From the IMG/VR virus record IMGVR_UViG_3300037089_000135: a stretch of 64,000 nt of DNA, one strand, 5' to 3'. Numbering within the stretch: the stretch's first letter is position 1; each line of letters starts with the position of its first letter. Shown piece after piece: positions 19,319 through 30,174 of the stretch. Source of the DNA: an uncultured virus (IMG/VR IMGVR_UViG_3300037089_000135). Lineage: Duplodnaviria > Heunggongvirae > Uroviricota > Caudoviricetes. Position numbers and translations under genes: made by a program. The notes under the pieces were generated by a model. The model was not told the DNA's origin. It searched no databases and saw only the letters and a program-made list of their open reading frames with translations.

Positions 19319-19849
19319 TTAGTATATACTTGCTACTTTTTTACAGTGATCTATATACTCTTGAAGAGTACCATTACCTTTTGATACATTACATCTATTA
19401 CAAAGTAGCATAATATTATCTTTATTTATATGATCCTCGTTATACTTTCTATCGAGGGTAGGACTATTCATTTGTCTTCCTTTTCCATACTCCCATTTTA
19501 ATAGTATATCGCATATTTGACATCTAGGTGTATTTTTTGCTATTGCTACTAAATCGTCTTGTGATATTTCAACATTAAATTTTCTTTTATGTTCATTTAA
19601 AGTTGCATTAGCCCATGTTTCAATCGGATGTGCATTTCTATAATTCCTTTTTCGGGTATTTTCACTATCAACGTGTGATTTTCTCCAAGATGCATTTGCA
19701 ACTTTTATTTCAGCTTTATGTAATGCTCTATAGGTGATACCATCTTCTTTTACCTTATCTTTATGAGAATCACGCCATACCTTATTTCTATTTTTACATT
19801 CATCTTTATGATCTTTATAATATTGTTTATTATATTCTTTAGTAGGCAT
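19319..19849 (-). mobile_element. Free-standing HNH endonuclease (family A)
   Basis: Helical Y/W-R repeats, CQIC...SPTLDR...NIMLLCNRCNVSK. Confidence 0.8.
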
Positions 19850-19850
19850 G

Positions 19851-20027
19851 TTAATATCTCCAAATCTTTTTACTTTTCGTTAGTGGCGTAACATTATTGT
19901 TTATTTTAGAAGGAGGCAACACGACGGTATTAGCTTTTAGTTTATCTGAAAATGTAGTTTTAATATCACTGCCACTTAAAACGAATAAAAAGATCATCAA
20001 TAAAACAAATATTATATATTTGTGCAT
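19851..20027 (-). CDS. Small membrane/secreted protein
   Basis: Start reassigned to MHKYIIFVLL because the upstream part of the track ORF overlaps the tRNA; hydrophobic N-terminus. Confidence 0.45.
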   Translation of the reverse strand: MHKYIIFVLLMIFLFVLSGSDIKTTFSDKLKANTVVLPPSKINNNVTPLTKSKKIWRY

Positions 20028-20038
20028 TTTGACACCTA

Positions 20039-20067
20039 GAACATTAGCACCAATTGGTGCGAAAGTA
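20039..20067. repeat. 29-bp element with 14-bp palindrome GCACCAATTGGTGC, copy 1
   Basis: Exact reverse complement of 52355..52383. Confidence 0.85.
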
Positions 20068-20068
20068 G

Positions 20069-20141
20069 TGGAGAATGTGGGATTCGAACCCACGGCCTCT
20101 GCTTTGCAAAAGCAGCTATCTACCAACTGATATAAAACCCC
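20069..20141 (-). tRNA. tRNA-Ala(TGC), with acceptor-stem mismatches
   Basis: Anticodon arm CTGCT-TT TGC AA-AGCAG, T arm GTGGG-TTCGAAT-CCCAC, G3:U70 present; two T-T mismatches in the acceptor stem. Confidence 0.85.
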
Positions 20142-20165
20142 AAAAATAAAATTTGGTGTATGAAG

Positions 20166-21176
20166 CTAACCATATAGCTTCCAAACACCTGTAGCGTCTC
20201 CATTTCCAAGAGTTAATTTAACTCCAGAATAGTATCCATACATTACTTGTCTTGCATCTGCCGAATTATATAGATCTCCTAACCCGATAGTGTGACCAAG
20301 TTCATGCAACGCGACGCTCTGGAAATTCAGTTTTCCGGCTTCTCCAGTTGTTGACCATTTATCATTTGAATTGAATGTCATATCCGACTCGACAATCGGA
20401 TACATCTGACCTGTTGGTATACCTTGTGTCTTATACCATACACCCGTTGCTGCGATCGCAGAACTTCCGGCTGCATAAGGGGTAAAGGCCATGTTATTTA
20501 CATGATCGTACTTCCAATTGAGTGTGGTTGTTAATTGTGCTCCAGAGTCAGAGAATAAGTTCTGATTAGTTGCAGCATCCCAAACATTTGTATCTGAAGT
20601 GATAGCATTTAAAACATTGATTTTAGTCATGCCGGTTGCCGCGAGCACGGCATCATCTTTAAGAGACATCACGATTTGAGGATCTGCCTGAGTCCACTTC
20701 CGGCCCATTAACTTATAAGAATTCGCATTACCTCCTGTAGAAGTTATTACCGGCCCTGTTAGAATAGATCCGACAGATACAATAGTTCCATCAGGATTCA
20801 TTGCTAAAGCTTCTCCAGTAAAGGCTAATCCAGGTTGTGCGTCAATTCCAAAAGGTATTCCTGAAAGAGTAGCCTTACCATTTACGTTATCACCGGAGAC
20901 TGTTAAATCGGCTGTGATTTTTTCACCGGCCACGTTCGCAGATACCCCATTAGAAGTATAAGTTAATTCGCCCGAACCAGATACTTTAGAATCGGTAATT
21001 ATATTTCCGCCCCATATAGTAGTATGCCCGGATACGGAAGAACCTGGAGTCAATACATAATCTTGAGATTGCGCCGATTGTAGACCGTTGCTTGATCCAC
21101 TCATGCTAACTGAAATAGCACTAACCGGCAATACAGAAATCGAGATTAAAAACAGTAAAAGAATAATTCTATACAT
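20166..21176 (-). CDS. Secreted matrixin (M10-like) zinc metalloprotease
   Basis: Signal peptide; HELGHTIGLGD zinc motif; Met-turn VMYG. Confidence 0.85.
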   Translation of the reverse strand: MYRIILLLFLISISVLPVSAISVSMSGSSNGLQSAQSQDYVLTPGSSVSGHTTIWGGNIITDSKVSGSGELTYTSNGVSANVAGEKITADLTVSGDNVNGKATLSGIPFGIDAQPGLAFTGEALAMNPDGTIVSVGSILTGPVITSTGGNANSYKLMGRKWTQADPQIVMSLKDDAVLAATGMTKINVLNAITSDTNVWDAATNQNLFSDSGAQLTTTLNWKYDHVNNMAFTPYAAGSSAIAATGVWYKTQGIPTGQMYPIVESDMTFNSNDKWSTTGEAGKLNFQSVALHELGHTIGLGDLYNSADARQVMYGYYSGVKLTLGNGDATGVWKLYG

Positions 21177-21420
21177 TTAATACCTCCATAATAATATAAA
21201 TTGCATTTGAAGAAAGCAATTAATAATAAATACATTTTATAAAATGATAATAAAACAAAAAATATTATAACGAACACCCTATTCAGTATGTTCGCTATAG
21301 TTAGCACAATCTTTCTTATCCTTTCTAGCTTCCACATAAGGGCAAACTATCCCTTTTCCCGGAACGCATAAAAATGCTTTCCGATTACTATTGTAATATC
21401 CACAATCGCAGCCCATTTAC

Positions 21421-21963
21421 TCACTTTCCATTCTTCTTTGCTTTCATTTCTAAAGCCTTTTCAAACAGTTTTTCATTTTTCTGCTTGATTTCTTCTCTAT
21501 GCTTCCTATTCGCGACGATTGCACGTTCTAAACAATCTTGCGCATCGGATATAGCTAACATTTTAGCATCAATATTTATATCATATGCTTGATGTAATAT
21601 ATGTGCCAACTTTTCGTTATCCCCGCTTAAATCGAGACCAAATGTATGCTCGATTTGAGACCTTAAACTATATCTCAAACTATCGAAATTAATAGGTAGC
21701 CGGTTATATAATTTAACAGCGAGGTATCTATTGTACCGGAAATTACATTTCTTGTATTTCAGAGATTTGTGTTCAAAGCTTTCTATAATCTCGAACATAA
21801 CCCGGACGCGGGTCTCCCAATCGCAAACACGTATGTTATGTTTAGTTGGAGTCGCAGTTATTCCGCAATCCGCTAATCTCTTACCTATTTCTTTCTCATT
21901 TGGAAGATTAACTTCGAGAGGAAATGTGGTTCCTCCCACCACTCCTCTATGATAAGTATCCAT
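21421..21963 (-). CDS. Hypothetical protein
   Basis: 180-aa ORF with a GGAG RBS. Confidence 0.55.
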   Translation of the reverse strand: MDTYHRGVVGGTTFPLEVNLPNEKEIGKRLADCGITATPTKHNIRVCDWETRVRVMFEIIESFEHKSLKYKKCNFRYNRYLAVKLYNRLPINFDSLRYSLRSQIEHTFGLDLSGDNEKLAHILHQAYDINIDAKMLAISDAQDCLERAIVANRKHREEIKQKNEKLFEKALEMKAKKNGK

Positions 21964-21975
21964 TTATATATTCTC

Positions 21976-22323
21976 CTACATAGCATCAACCGTTGGCTCT
22001 GGCTTTTGTCCGAGGTTAGCAACGTATTCGTTAGTCAGCTTTCCAACGTGTTTATCGTATTCTTCCAGGGTTAACTTATTACCATCTGGACCTGTAAATT
22101 CAAAATCATGAATTAAAATCTCGCCGCCTACGACTTTAGAGTAAATCATTTTGCCATCAATGCCTACATTACCGGCATAGCAAATCGTATTTGGAGCGAT
22201 CGCACCATAACATATATCGGCCCACATGCTATGGGTTAAAGTTTCAATCAGGAATCGTTTTTTAGGCACGATTGTACTTAAATCAAGTACATCTGTCATA
22301 GTCATCAATTCTTCAGTATCCAT
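21976..22323 (-). CDS. Hypothetical protein
   Basis: 115-aa ORF downstream of the TATA motif at 22358-22369. Confidence 0.55.
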   Translation of the reverse strand: MDTEELMTMTDVLDLSTIVPKKRFLIETLTHSMWADICYGAIAPNTICYAGNVGIDGKMIYSKVVGGEILIHDFEFTGPDGNKLTLEEYDKHVGKLTNEYVANLGQKPEPTVDAM

Positions 22324-22519
22324 TTAACATCTCTCCATTACATATACATGCTTACCTATACTATTTAAACATATCCCTTAGTGAGAACCTAATGCATTTG
22401 AACTATATATTGCTTCAACGATATCAACCATTTTTTTATGAGGAGATATAATTTTATCTCTAATTATTAATTTATCTCCTGGTATTAATTGTAGACCTAA
22501 ATCGTGAAGGCTAACTATT

Positions 22520-23176
22520 CTATTCATCGTTCTCACTATCCTGGCTATCTTGAAGAAAATTCTTAGTTTTTCTTCCGCCATATGCTTTACTATAATATTT
22601 ATCGTATGTAACATAATTGGAACTAGAATATCCGATTGCATCGTCGTGAGAATTATACTCCGGTTCCGATGTCAATAAGTTGTAATTCCCTTGAATTAGA
22701 CCACAAGAAGTACATTGCTGTTCTCCATGTTTATTATAGTTAACTTCGTTTCCACATTCCATACACTTTGAAGCTATATAATACTTGTGAACTATCTTCT
22801 TTTCTTCAACCATCTTTTCTTCAATATTAAGAGATTCAACCCGGCATCCATCTCTGGAACTACTGGAATCGTGACAGCGGCCAAATCTTTTCTGTACCCG
22901 GCGCATCATACGAAACGTACCAATTTCTTCAGAGGTTTCGAAAGTTGCATATATTACATTTTTCAATGTTGATATTTTCCGGCTATTCACAGAGCATATA
23001 GAGAAGTTTGGATATTTTTTATTCTTTCCCAATAATACAGAATAAGTTTGTCCGCTAGGATACCTGCGCTTTATGCGAAGTAAATTATCACATTGTTTAC
23101 AAATTTTACCACGTTTCCCTGGATATTTATTATCCTTGTTAAGTTTTATTCCGCATTCTCTACATTTATGAGACAT
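22520..23176 (-). CDS. Zinc-finger protein with TFIIB/TFB-type zinc ribbon
   Basis: N-terminal CRECG...CKQC; C-terminal CMECG..V.Y..HGEQQCTSCGLI...PEY resembles the TFB ribbon. Confidence 0.55.
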   Translation of the reverse strand: MSHKCRECGIKLNKDNKYPGKRGKICKQCDNLLRIKRRYPSGQTYSVLLGKNKKYPNFSICSVNSRKISTLKNVIYATFETSEEIGTFRMMRRVQKRFGRCHDSSSSRDGCRVESLNIEEKMVEEKKIVHKYYIASKCMECGNEVNYNKHGEQQCTSCGLIQGNYNLLTSEPEYNSHDDAIGYSSSNYVTYDKYYSKAYGGRKTKNFLQDSQDSENDE

Positions 23177-23593
23177 TTAAAATACTCCATATTTATCTGC
23201 GATCTTCTTACAATATGCAACAAATTCTAAATGTGATCTAGGACCTTTCGTTGTATTACATTTATGACAGATTATAGTTATAGATTTTATATCTATATTA
23301 TCATACATACTGTCAATTCTGTCCATCGACGCGGAATTTGGTTGTGTACCTTTACTATTATAGTTTAATTCAACACCACAATATTTACAATACATAGTGT
23401 TTTTTGCTAGTATTGTCAATTCGTCTTTTGTTAAAACTAGATCGAATCCTCTGGATTTATGGCTTTGCCACGAACGACATGCCCACGCTCTATACGGATT
23501 TGCAAGTCTAGTCTTTTCTAAATAGTTTCCAATTTCTTTTTTATGAGTCTTGTAATATTCCTTACTATTAAACATTAATATCGCAGCCTCCAT
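23177..23593 (-). mobile_element. Free-standing HNH endonuclease (family A)
   Basis: CKYCG...SASMDRID...IICHKCNTTK. Confidence 0.8.
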
Positions 23594-24227
23594 TTACTTA
23601 TATTACATACTACATCTTATACCTCCATATTATATAAATCCTTTGGTAAAAAATAAAAGATTTATTTTATCTTATCTTCTTCGGATACTACTTACATTTT
23701 TAATTACTGGCTCGATTGCTACCAGTTTATCCTTCCTTAAGATAAGCCCGTTAGTAAATAATAACATTACTGCTAAGTTGCCAAAGTTCGTTCGCAGAGC
23801 CTCAAACTCTTTAACTAATATCTCAGATGGTATTTCAACAGCGTCTTCCATATGAAATATTACTGAAACCGTGAGTTCTGGCTCTGGTTCAACCTTCGCG
23901 ATGTCCTTTACTTCTTCTTCTGGCATGTTATCTTCTCCTTTTTACTAATCAATTTGTTATGAAAGTTCATCCACTTCTTAAATGCGTGCATGAACTCGCG
24001 AGGCTCTGGAATTTCATAATTTGGAGTGTTTCCGTCTCCCTGGTAAACTATCCAGGCTTCGCCTCTTTTAAGGTCGTAATACTCTTCCGGGTTCATTTTA
24101 TCGAGCTGATCAAGAGTATTCATGTCTCGCGCATCATCCCAATCTTCTAAATAATATTCTTCTGTTTTAAATGTATCTGTTATGAACTCTTTCAGTTCCT
24201 TGACCTTAAATAACATTTCTACCTCTA

Positions 24228-24911
24228 TTAAATCCTTTTTATTTCTTCTAATACCACTTGATAATCAAGGCCCGTTAACTTACATGCATCCTGAAAATCG
24301 TATTCATATATATGTGCTGAACTAGATATAAATACTAATTTTCCATTAGTTGCATGTAATGCCCTACATAAATAGCTCTGCAACTTTGTCAGTCCATATG
24401 AGTTCTGAGGCCACGCCGAGAACATATCATTAGACCTGAAGAAAGTAGTTAAATTGAGCTTATTCTTCCTGATTTTTGCATCAATTACTAACATACACGG
24501 CGGATAGTCTTGATCATTATCTTCATGTGGCATCCAAGTACACGCAACCGCCTGTCGCGTATGCCTATCAGATCTTAGCTTTTCGATGATTTCCGCTACC
24601 TGATCGCATCCAATTGTATAGCTATGTGGCCTATATTCTCTTAATCGTTCTCCATACGTATATGCGAATCCTCTTGGATCAGCATCGAGAAGCTGATCGG
24701 AATATTCTTCTAGGGTTATAGTATTCCATTTAGATCCTTCAGGTATCATATTAATATGAGGATCTGTGACCACATTAATGATAGGCTCAGGATATTCTTT
24801 GGTTAATACCGGCTTACCATCCACAATGATCTTAACATAGTCGCCACTTTCCATTATACGTTTGACGACTTTAGGCCACGCTTCTTTAATGCTCTTTGAT
24901 CTTAGTTCAAT
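24228..24911 (-). CDS. thyA: Thymidylate synthase, archaeal type (probable ATT start at 24911)
   Basis: YTYGERL, TRQAV..W, PPCM, FRSND...AWPQN, SAHIYE. The frame extends upstream of ATG 24854 to an ATT codon 8 nt after GGAGG. Confidence 0.9.
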   Translation of the reverse strand: MELRSKSIKEAWPKVVKRIMESGDYVKIIVDGKPVLTKEYPEPIINVVTDPHINMIPEGSKWNTITLEEYSDQLLDADPRGFAYTYGERLREYRPHSYTIGCDQVAEIIEKLRSDRHTRQAVACTWMPHEDNDQDYPPCMLVIDAKIRKNKLNLTTFFRSNDMFSAWPQNSYGLTKLQSYLCRALHATNGKLVFISSSAHIYEYDFQDACKLTGLDYQVVLEEIKRI

Positions 24912-25261
24912 TTAAAATTCCTCCTAAAATAAAATCAAAAAATTTATGATACCAAGATTTGTGTTCCGGAGGCTCTTTATATCCTCCGAAATACGTATAT
25001 CTGGCATCATCACCGTGTTCATACATGCTTAATCAATATACGGAAGGAATTCCAGAGAAACGAAAATCAATTCCGTACCATCAACGGTGATAAGGTTTTG
25101 GAATAACATCTTTGATATATAAACTAATTCTACGTCCTCTGCATCCATATCTATACATCCAGGAAGCATAATTGGGTCGATTGGATTTACACCAATTCCT
25201 TCCAGGATTATTCGCAATGAATCAGATTGCTCCGGGCTCATTATAATATTCACTATCATAC

Positions 25262-25450
25262 TTACTTACCTACATCCCTGATAGCATTGAACTTGTCAAT
25301 TACTTCACGCGAAGTAGGTACCCCCCTGAGTGCGATCGTGAGTAACTCATTTATCACGATTGATTGATCTTTCGGTGTCTGTGCGGTTGCAGCCATGTAT
25401 ATATGGAGCTTCTCCAATACGGCTTCATTCAAATCCACTGTAGTTTTCAT
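25262..25450 (-). CDS. Ribbon-helix-helix-type small DNA-binding protein
   Basis: MKTTVDL beta strand followed by two helices. Confidence 0.5.
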   Translation of the reverse strand: MKTTVDLNEAVLEKLHIYMAATAQTPKDQSIVINELLTIALRGVPTSREVIDKFNAIRDVGK

Positions 25451-26397
25451 TTAAATTCTCCATTTAATTAAAATTTATAAGCTTCCTAGAAGCGGCGCAT
25501 TTACGAAATCGTGCTAAGTTTTCATCTTTAGAATTTGTCATTTGCCATGTCCTCCCGCCAATAAGTATTTTGTGATTAATAAATAATCTATTCCGCGTGA
25601 ATTTTGCCATAACCTAACCTTTTATTCATCTGAGTAATCATTTCTGTGGCGGCTGCTATCTCCATTATCGGCGCATTTGCGCGATATATTTTAAGTAATT
25701 CCTCACTCGCGACTAGATTGAAGTAGGCCCCTAGTTGAAATGATTCGGTCACATTTTCAGGTGTATTCAGTGCCACAGCTATATGATCATTAGTATATGT
25801 GATTGCAAATTCATGTTCATCTAGGATAACAATCTCTTCCTTCTGAAGCTTAGATCCAATTTTTTCAAACCTGATAAAGCTTCTATCAGGAGTCAAGTAA
25901 ATCTTATATGAGTTTTTATTCCTCATATCGATCTGCCTCTCTGTCCATCATATCTATAAAGGCTTCCATTTCAGCCATTGCTTGTTCGTCTTCAATATCA
26001 CGATTTGCCATAAATCCTTATTACACTCAATCATATAAAAGGTTATTGGTCCCGGTACTCCAGAATCTCCGATGTCTTTGGCAAAAATTCAACGTCGTTA
26101 TTTCGGACTCCTACTCTCTCTGCGATTGGGATTATGTGATAATATCGATGTTCCGGATTGCTACTATACCCGGAAATACCATCTATCTTCTTAATTAAAT
26201 CTCTGTTCTTGGATATTATCCACATACCCTTATAAGTTGATTCATCATCCCAATCTGTGCCATTTATTAGCTTCGCGTATCCTTTGCATCGCATTTGTTT
26301 TAAGCTATCACGTAGCAATTGTATTTCTCTGGCTATATCCTCTGCATGATCTATTACATATTGAACCGGGTCCTGATCTTCCATTCATATCACTCCT

Positions 26398-28380
26398 TTA
26401 CATTAAATCGCATAAAAGCATCTGCGAAGTTTCATAACGTTGCCTTACTATATCAAACTTTAGCACATTGAAGATTCTATTGATAGGCGGCTTGAGCTGT
26501 TTTCCTATGTAGTATTCTTTATTTATTGGTTTATTATTCTCCAATACATATTCAACTACTTCGGTTAGAGCTGAGATTTTGGCCTTCTTTCGACCGGCTA
26601 CAACGTAGAAAGATATCCTATCACCTAATAGATAGTCCGATTCTCCTCTCTTTTTCGCTCGTTTCAGTGCTTCCATGTGCATAGTTTTGGTCTTGTACTG
26701 CTCAATTGGTTTAGTATACTTCTTGGAAAGTACCAATTTGCTCATCAAATCTTGATCGTCACTTACATTTATAAGGTTCGCGACGCGATCTATTTGATCT
26801 TTGGCGTATTTTCCTGCCTTCTGTATATCTCCATCTTTTAATAATATGTCAAATATCCTAGTCAACGTTTCCCCTACATATTCGCACCAATCTCTTCTTC
26901 TTACTTCTATTCCCCTATATTTAATATTGTACTCTTTTCCATCTTCCGTTATTGCAATTGCATATCGTTTTTTAGCTAAGAATACGCCACGCTTACCAAA
27001 AGATTCAAATGCTAAAGACATTGGAGCAGGCAACTTTTTAGACATCTCATCATGTAGCGAAGTTGCAAATATCTTAGCTTTCTCAAATGTATCACATTCC
27101 GGTATAGTAAACATCACACTGTCCGTATCTCCAGCTATTACTAGACATTTACCATGATTTTCTACGGTTTCTTTTGTTAATAATAACGCTTTTCTTCCTT
27201 CCTCAGTCACCTTAGCGGCAATCGACACCTCAAATAACCGTGCTTTCGAGAACCCAAAATAACCATATATACTGTTAAGCAAGATCTTATTTCCATATTG
27301 CTTCAAATTGTATAAATTCTTTTCATCTTTTGACTTTGTAGCTTTCATTTTTTTCTTGTATTCAACACGCTCATTATAGAGCTTCTCCAGGATTTGAGGT
27401 ACAATCCCCGGAAAGTCCATCCGGAACTTAGCTACTTTTCCTTCATAATAGATCGTATCCGGGCTTAGATTAAAGGCCCTCATAATACTCGGATACAAAG
27501 ATGCAAAATCCATTATAATGATATTTGTATGCATACCTACTACTGGATCAAGTACTGTAGCACCTGCGTACCTAACTTCTTCTTCTTCAGTTACCGGCCC
27601 CTCATCATATGCAGCCCTCATCGGAATAGCTCGATCAATATCCTTGAATGCCCTAAGCATCAGGTTATCGATCATAGTGCTCTGACCTCCATTTAGAACG
27701 TCCTGGAGGAGCGCACCAGAGGCTTTTGACAATGCAATATATTTATCCAGGATTTGCATCTCGCGACGAAGCTCACCAACTACAACAGCATCTCGCTCTG
27801 CGTATTCAATCATTTTTATATAGTCATCTGATAACCATATTCTACGCATTTCTGAAGATTTCATATCCAATTTTTCTATTTTAAGGAAATTTTTTGCTAC
27901 ATATCTTAAGGAATGTTCTCGCAAAGGAATTTTTAAATTTTTATATTCTGTCTGATTCAAATGTTTTTTGACTAAAGGTAGTAAATCGAGCACTATCCTC
28001 CCTGGACAAACCCAAGTCGTTTTATCTCTATTGAACCGACCATACCATCCCCGGCCCGCCCGAGAGATAGTATTAGTCACTCCAACGTACATCATACGAT
28101 CAGATATATATTGATTATCAAATTCATTCCCATTATAGGATGAAAGTATATCCGGATCGTATTCATCCACAATTTGTAAAAACGTTTCAAGTAATTCCTT
28201 TTCATTTTTACAATTCGTCTTTGTAGATAGAACCATTGTAGATCTATCATGAAATTCCGGTTCGAACGCAAGGCTGACAATTATAATCTGATCTTTATTT
28301 GATGTTGGAAAGGTACCATCTTCAGGTACCAAAGTTTCAATATCATATTCAAGATATTTTAGAGTTACGTCGTTCCGCAT
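26398..28380 (-). CDS. polB: Family B DNA polymerase, C-terminal part (3'-5' exonuclease + polymerase)
   Basis: ExoI YDIET, ExoII YNGNEFD, ExoIII YAERD; polymerase motifs DFASLYPS, K.LLNSIYG, GDTDS, KKRY, RRDW. Has its own GGTGG RBS. Confidence 0.95.
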   Translation of the reverse strand: MRNDVTLKYLEYDIETLVPEDGTFPTSNKDQIIIVSLAFEPEFHDRSTMVLSTKTNCKNEKELLETFLQIVDEYDPDILSSYNGNEFDNQYISDRMMYVGVTNTISRAGRGWYGRFNRDKTTWVCPGRIVLDLLPLVKKHLNQTEYKNLKIPLREHSLRYVAKNFLKIEKLDMKSSEMRRIWLSDDYIKMIEYAERDAVVVGELRREMQILDKYIALSKASGALLQDVLNGGQSTMIDNLMLRAFKDIDRAIPMRAAYDEGPVTEEEEVRYAGATVLDPVVGMHTNIIIMDFASLYPSIMRAFNLSPDTIYYEGKVAKFRMDFPGIVPQILEKLYNERVEYKKKMKATKSKDEKNLYNLKQYGNKILLNSIYGYFGFSKARLFEVSIAAKVTEEGRKALLLTKETVENHGKCLVIAGDTDSVMFTIPECDTFEKAKIFATSLHDEMSKKLPAPMSLAFESFGKRGVFLAKKRYAIAITEDGKEYNIKYRGIEVRRRDWCEYVGETLTRIFDILLKDGDIQKAGKYAKDQIDRVANLINVSDDQDLMSKLVLSKKYTKPIEQYKTKTMHMEALKRAKKRGESDYLLGDRISFYVVAGRKKAKISALTEVVEYVLENNKPINKEYYIGKQLKPPINRIFNVLKFDIVRQRYETSQMLLCDLM

Positions 28381-28774
28381 TTATTACCACCTGCCTGCAT
28401 CGATTAATATATTCATCTTCCGTATCGGATGACTTACCTGCATTACACGCGAGACATATTATTCTACAATTATCTTTTGATATATATTTTTCGTTATGCA
28501 TTCTATCTAATGTAGGACTATGACTTCGGGTATGCATATTTCCAGACCATATAAGTGTTCTTCCACAATAATAACAATATGTAGTAGATTTAGCAATTTC
28601 AGCGAGTTCATCTAATGATATTAGTATATCATATCTTTCTTTATGCTTTCTAAGACTATCTTGCGCCCATCGTCGATGAGGATGTGCCGCAAGCCAATCT
28701 TTAATATTTTTAGCAGTTTGCTCTTTATGGGTTTGTTTATAATTATGATCGTATTCTTTTCTATTAAATGTCAT
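28349..28774 (-). mobile_element. HNH endonuclease (family A) inserted within polB
   Basis: CYYCG...SPTLDR...NCRIICLACNAGK; overlaps both polB halves. Confidence 0.85.
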
Positions 28775-29237
28775 CCTTCATCACCTTAATTTTTCTGTAA
28801 TCGCATCGATTACTTGGTACCGAAATCCAATCAAACGGATGAATTCCTAAGTCAATCATGAACCGATTCTTGAATAAAATATCTGCCTCATATACTTCTC
28901 TCGCGTATGAATCTCTTATGATGGATTCCCTGAGAGTTTTAGTATCTTTAGGATTAATATAATTAATCTTATACATCTGAGATTTGTTCTCTTGGTACCC
29001 CATCGGGAGATATCGATTTACTAACTCTACCCGGACATTATTATTTGCATAAGATGATTCTATAAGCATCATGATAACATCTATATCTTTCTCAGGATAT
29101 GGTAATGCAAGAAAATACGGATGAAAGCCGGTAACTTTAATCATTTCTGACTTATCCAAGGATCTTCCAAAGATGGTAATCACTGGTTCGTTACCCCATC
29201 CAACGTAGTAATTGAGATCAATTATCTGTAGTTCCAT
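28764..29237 (-). CDS. polB: Family B DNA polymerase, N-terminal domain (split gene)
   Basis: PVITIFGR...V.GFHPYF...YEADILF..RFMID..I matches the archaeal/delta-type PolB N-terminal domain. Confidence 0.88.
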   Translation of the reverse strand: MELQIIDLNYYVGWGNEPVITIFGRSLDKSEMIKVTGFHPYFLALPYPEKDIDVIMMLIESSYANNNVRVELVNRYLPMGYQENKSQMYKINYINPKDTKTLRESIIRDSYAREVYEADILFKNRFMIDLGIHPFDWISVPSNRCDYRKIKVMKDDI

Positions 29238-29403
29238 TCATTTATCCCCTTTTTTTGGTAAATCCTTATCATTTTTGTTATGTATCTGCTCTAAAGTAAG
29301 TTATTTCCCGGCTTTATGGTCCTTAAAACATTCAAATACCTTATAAAACCAAACGTTGCCTTTTCTATCAGGCAATGAAACCTGTTTCATAAAAAGTTAG
29401 AGA

Positions 29404-29808
29404 TTAAATCTCTATTACGGTCTTTGGCAATTGTGCAGCTAGCCATGCATTATCTGCAAAGTTCTTCTTTTTTGCTTCTAATCTATACATCTCTGATCGC
29501 CTCAGCTTACTAAATATTTTTCCGGCATCAGTTGCAATACTTACTACTTTCAATACTTTATCTTCAGAAAGGAACTTATTAATTTCCCAATATATATGTT
29601 CTCCATTTCCATCGTCTATCACTAAAGTTTGATTATCGCCTTCATCCATCGTGTAAACGACAGGCTTCGAAGCATTGAGATATTTTTTACCACCGTCAAT
29701 TTCACCAAGTTCTACAATACCAATTATATTTTCGATAGCAGTCAGTACAAATCCTCTTTGCTCACCATTCAATGTTGGTGAAAACTCAAATTTCATTTTT
29801 GGCAACAT
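29404..29808 (-). CDS. Hypothetical protein
   Basis: 134-aa ORF with a GGAG RBS. Confidence 0.55.
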   Translation of the reverse strand: MLPKMKFEFSPTLNGEQRGFVLTAIENIIGIVELGEIDGGKKYLNASKPVVYTMDEGDNQTLVIDDGNGEHIYWEINKFLSEDKVLKVVSIATDAGKIFSKLRRSEMYRLEAKKKNFADNAWLAAQLPKTVIEI

Positions 29809-30174
29809 ATTTAAATCTCCTTATGGAATATCTAATGACATTCCTTCATCCATTTCTGATCGATCTATAACCTTAGTAGACATATATTCCATCTCTTCTC
29901 TAAAAGCAAGGACCGCTACTTTTGCGCCTACCCCGATAAGTTCCATAATGTCGTTATCGGATAAAACCCATCTATGAATTTGCCCGGCAATTTTCCTTTG
30001 TGCAACTTCCATCTCCTCTACTGTCGATAATAATCTAATAAATATCCCTCATTCATATCTCATCTATATCGTAGTCCATCCACGCTTTATCGTTATAGTC
30101 TCCGGAATGAGATTTAATACTCTCCGGAGTTCTTGGCTCTTTGTAATCAATACCAATCATGTAATTACCTCTAT

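Noticed and set aside
19851..20126. 91-aa ORF as listed in the track
   Set aside because: Its 5' part is the tRNA-Ala gene; the plausible start is ATG 20027.
28349..28774. Group I intron or intein in polB
   Set aside because: The HNH ORF fills the whole gap with no room for a ribozyme core. The frame is interrupted by stops, and there are no Cys/Ser...His-Asn intein ends.
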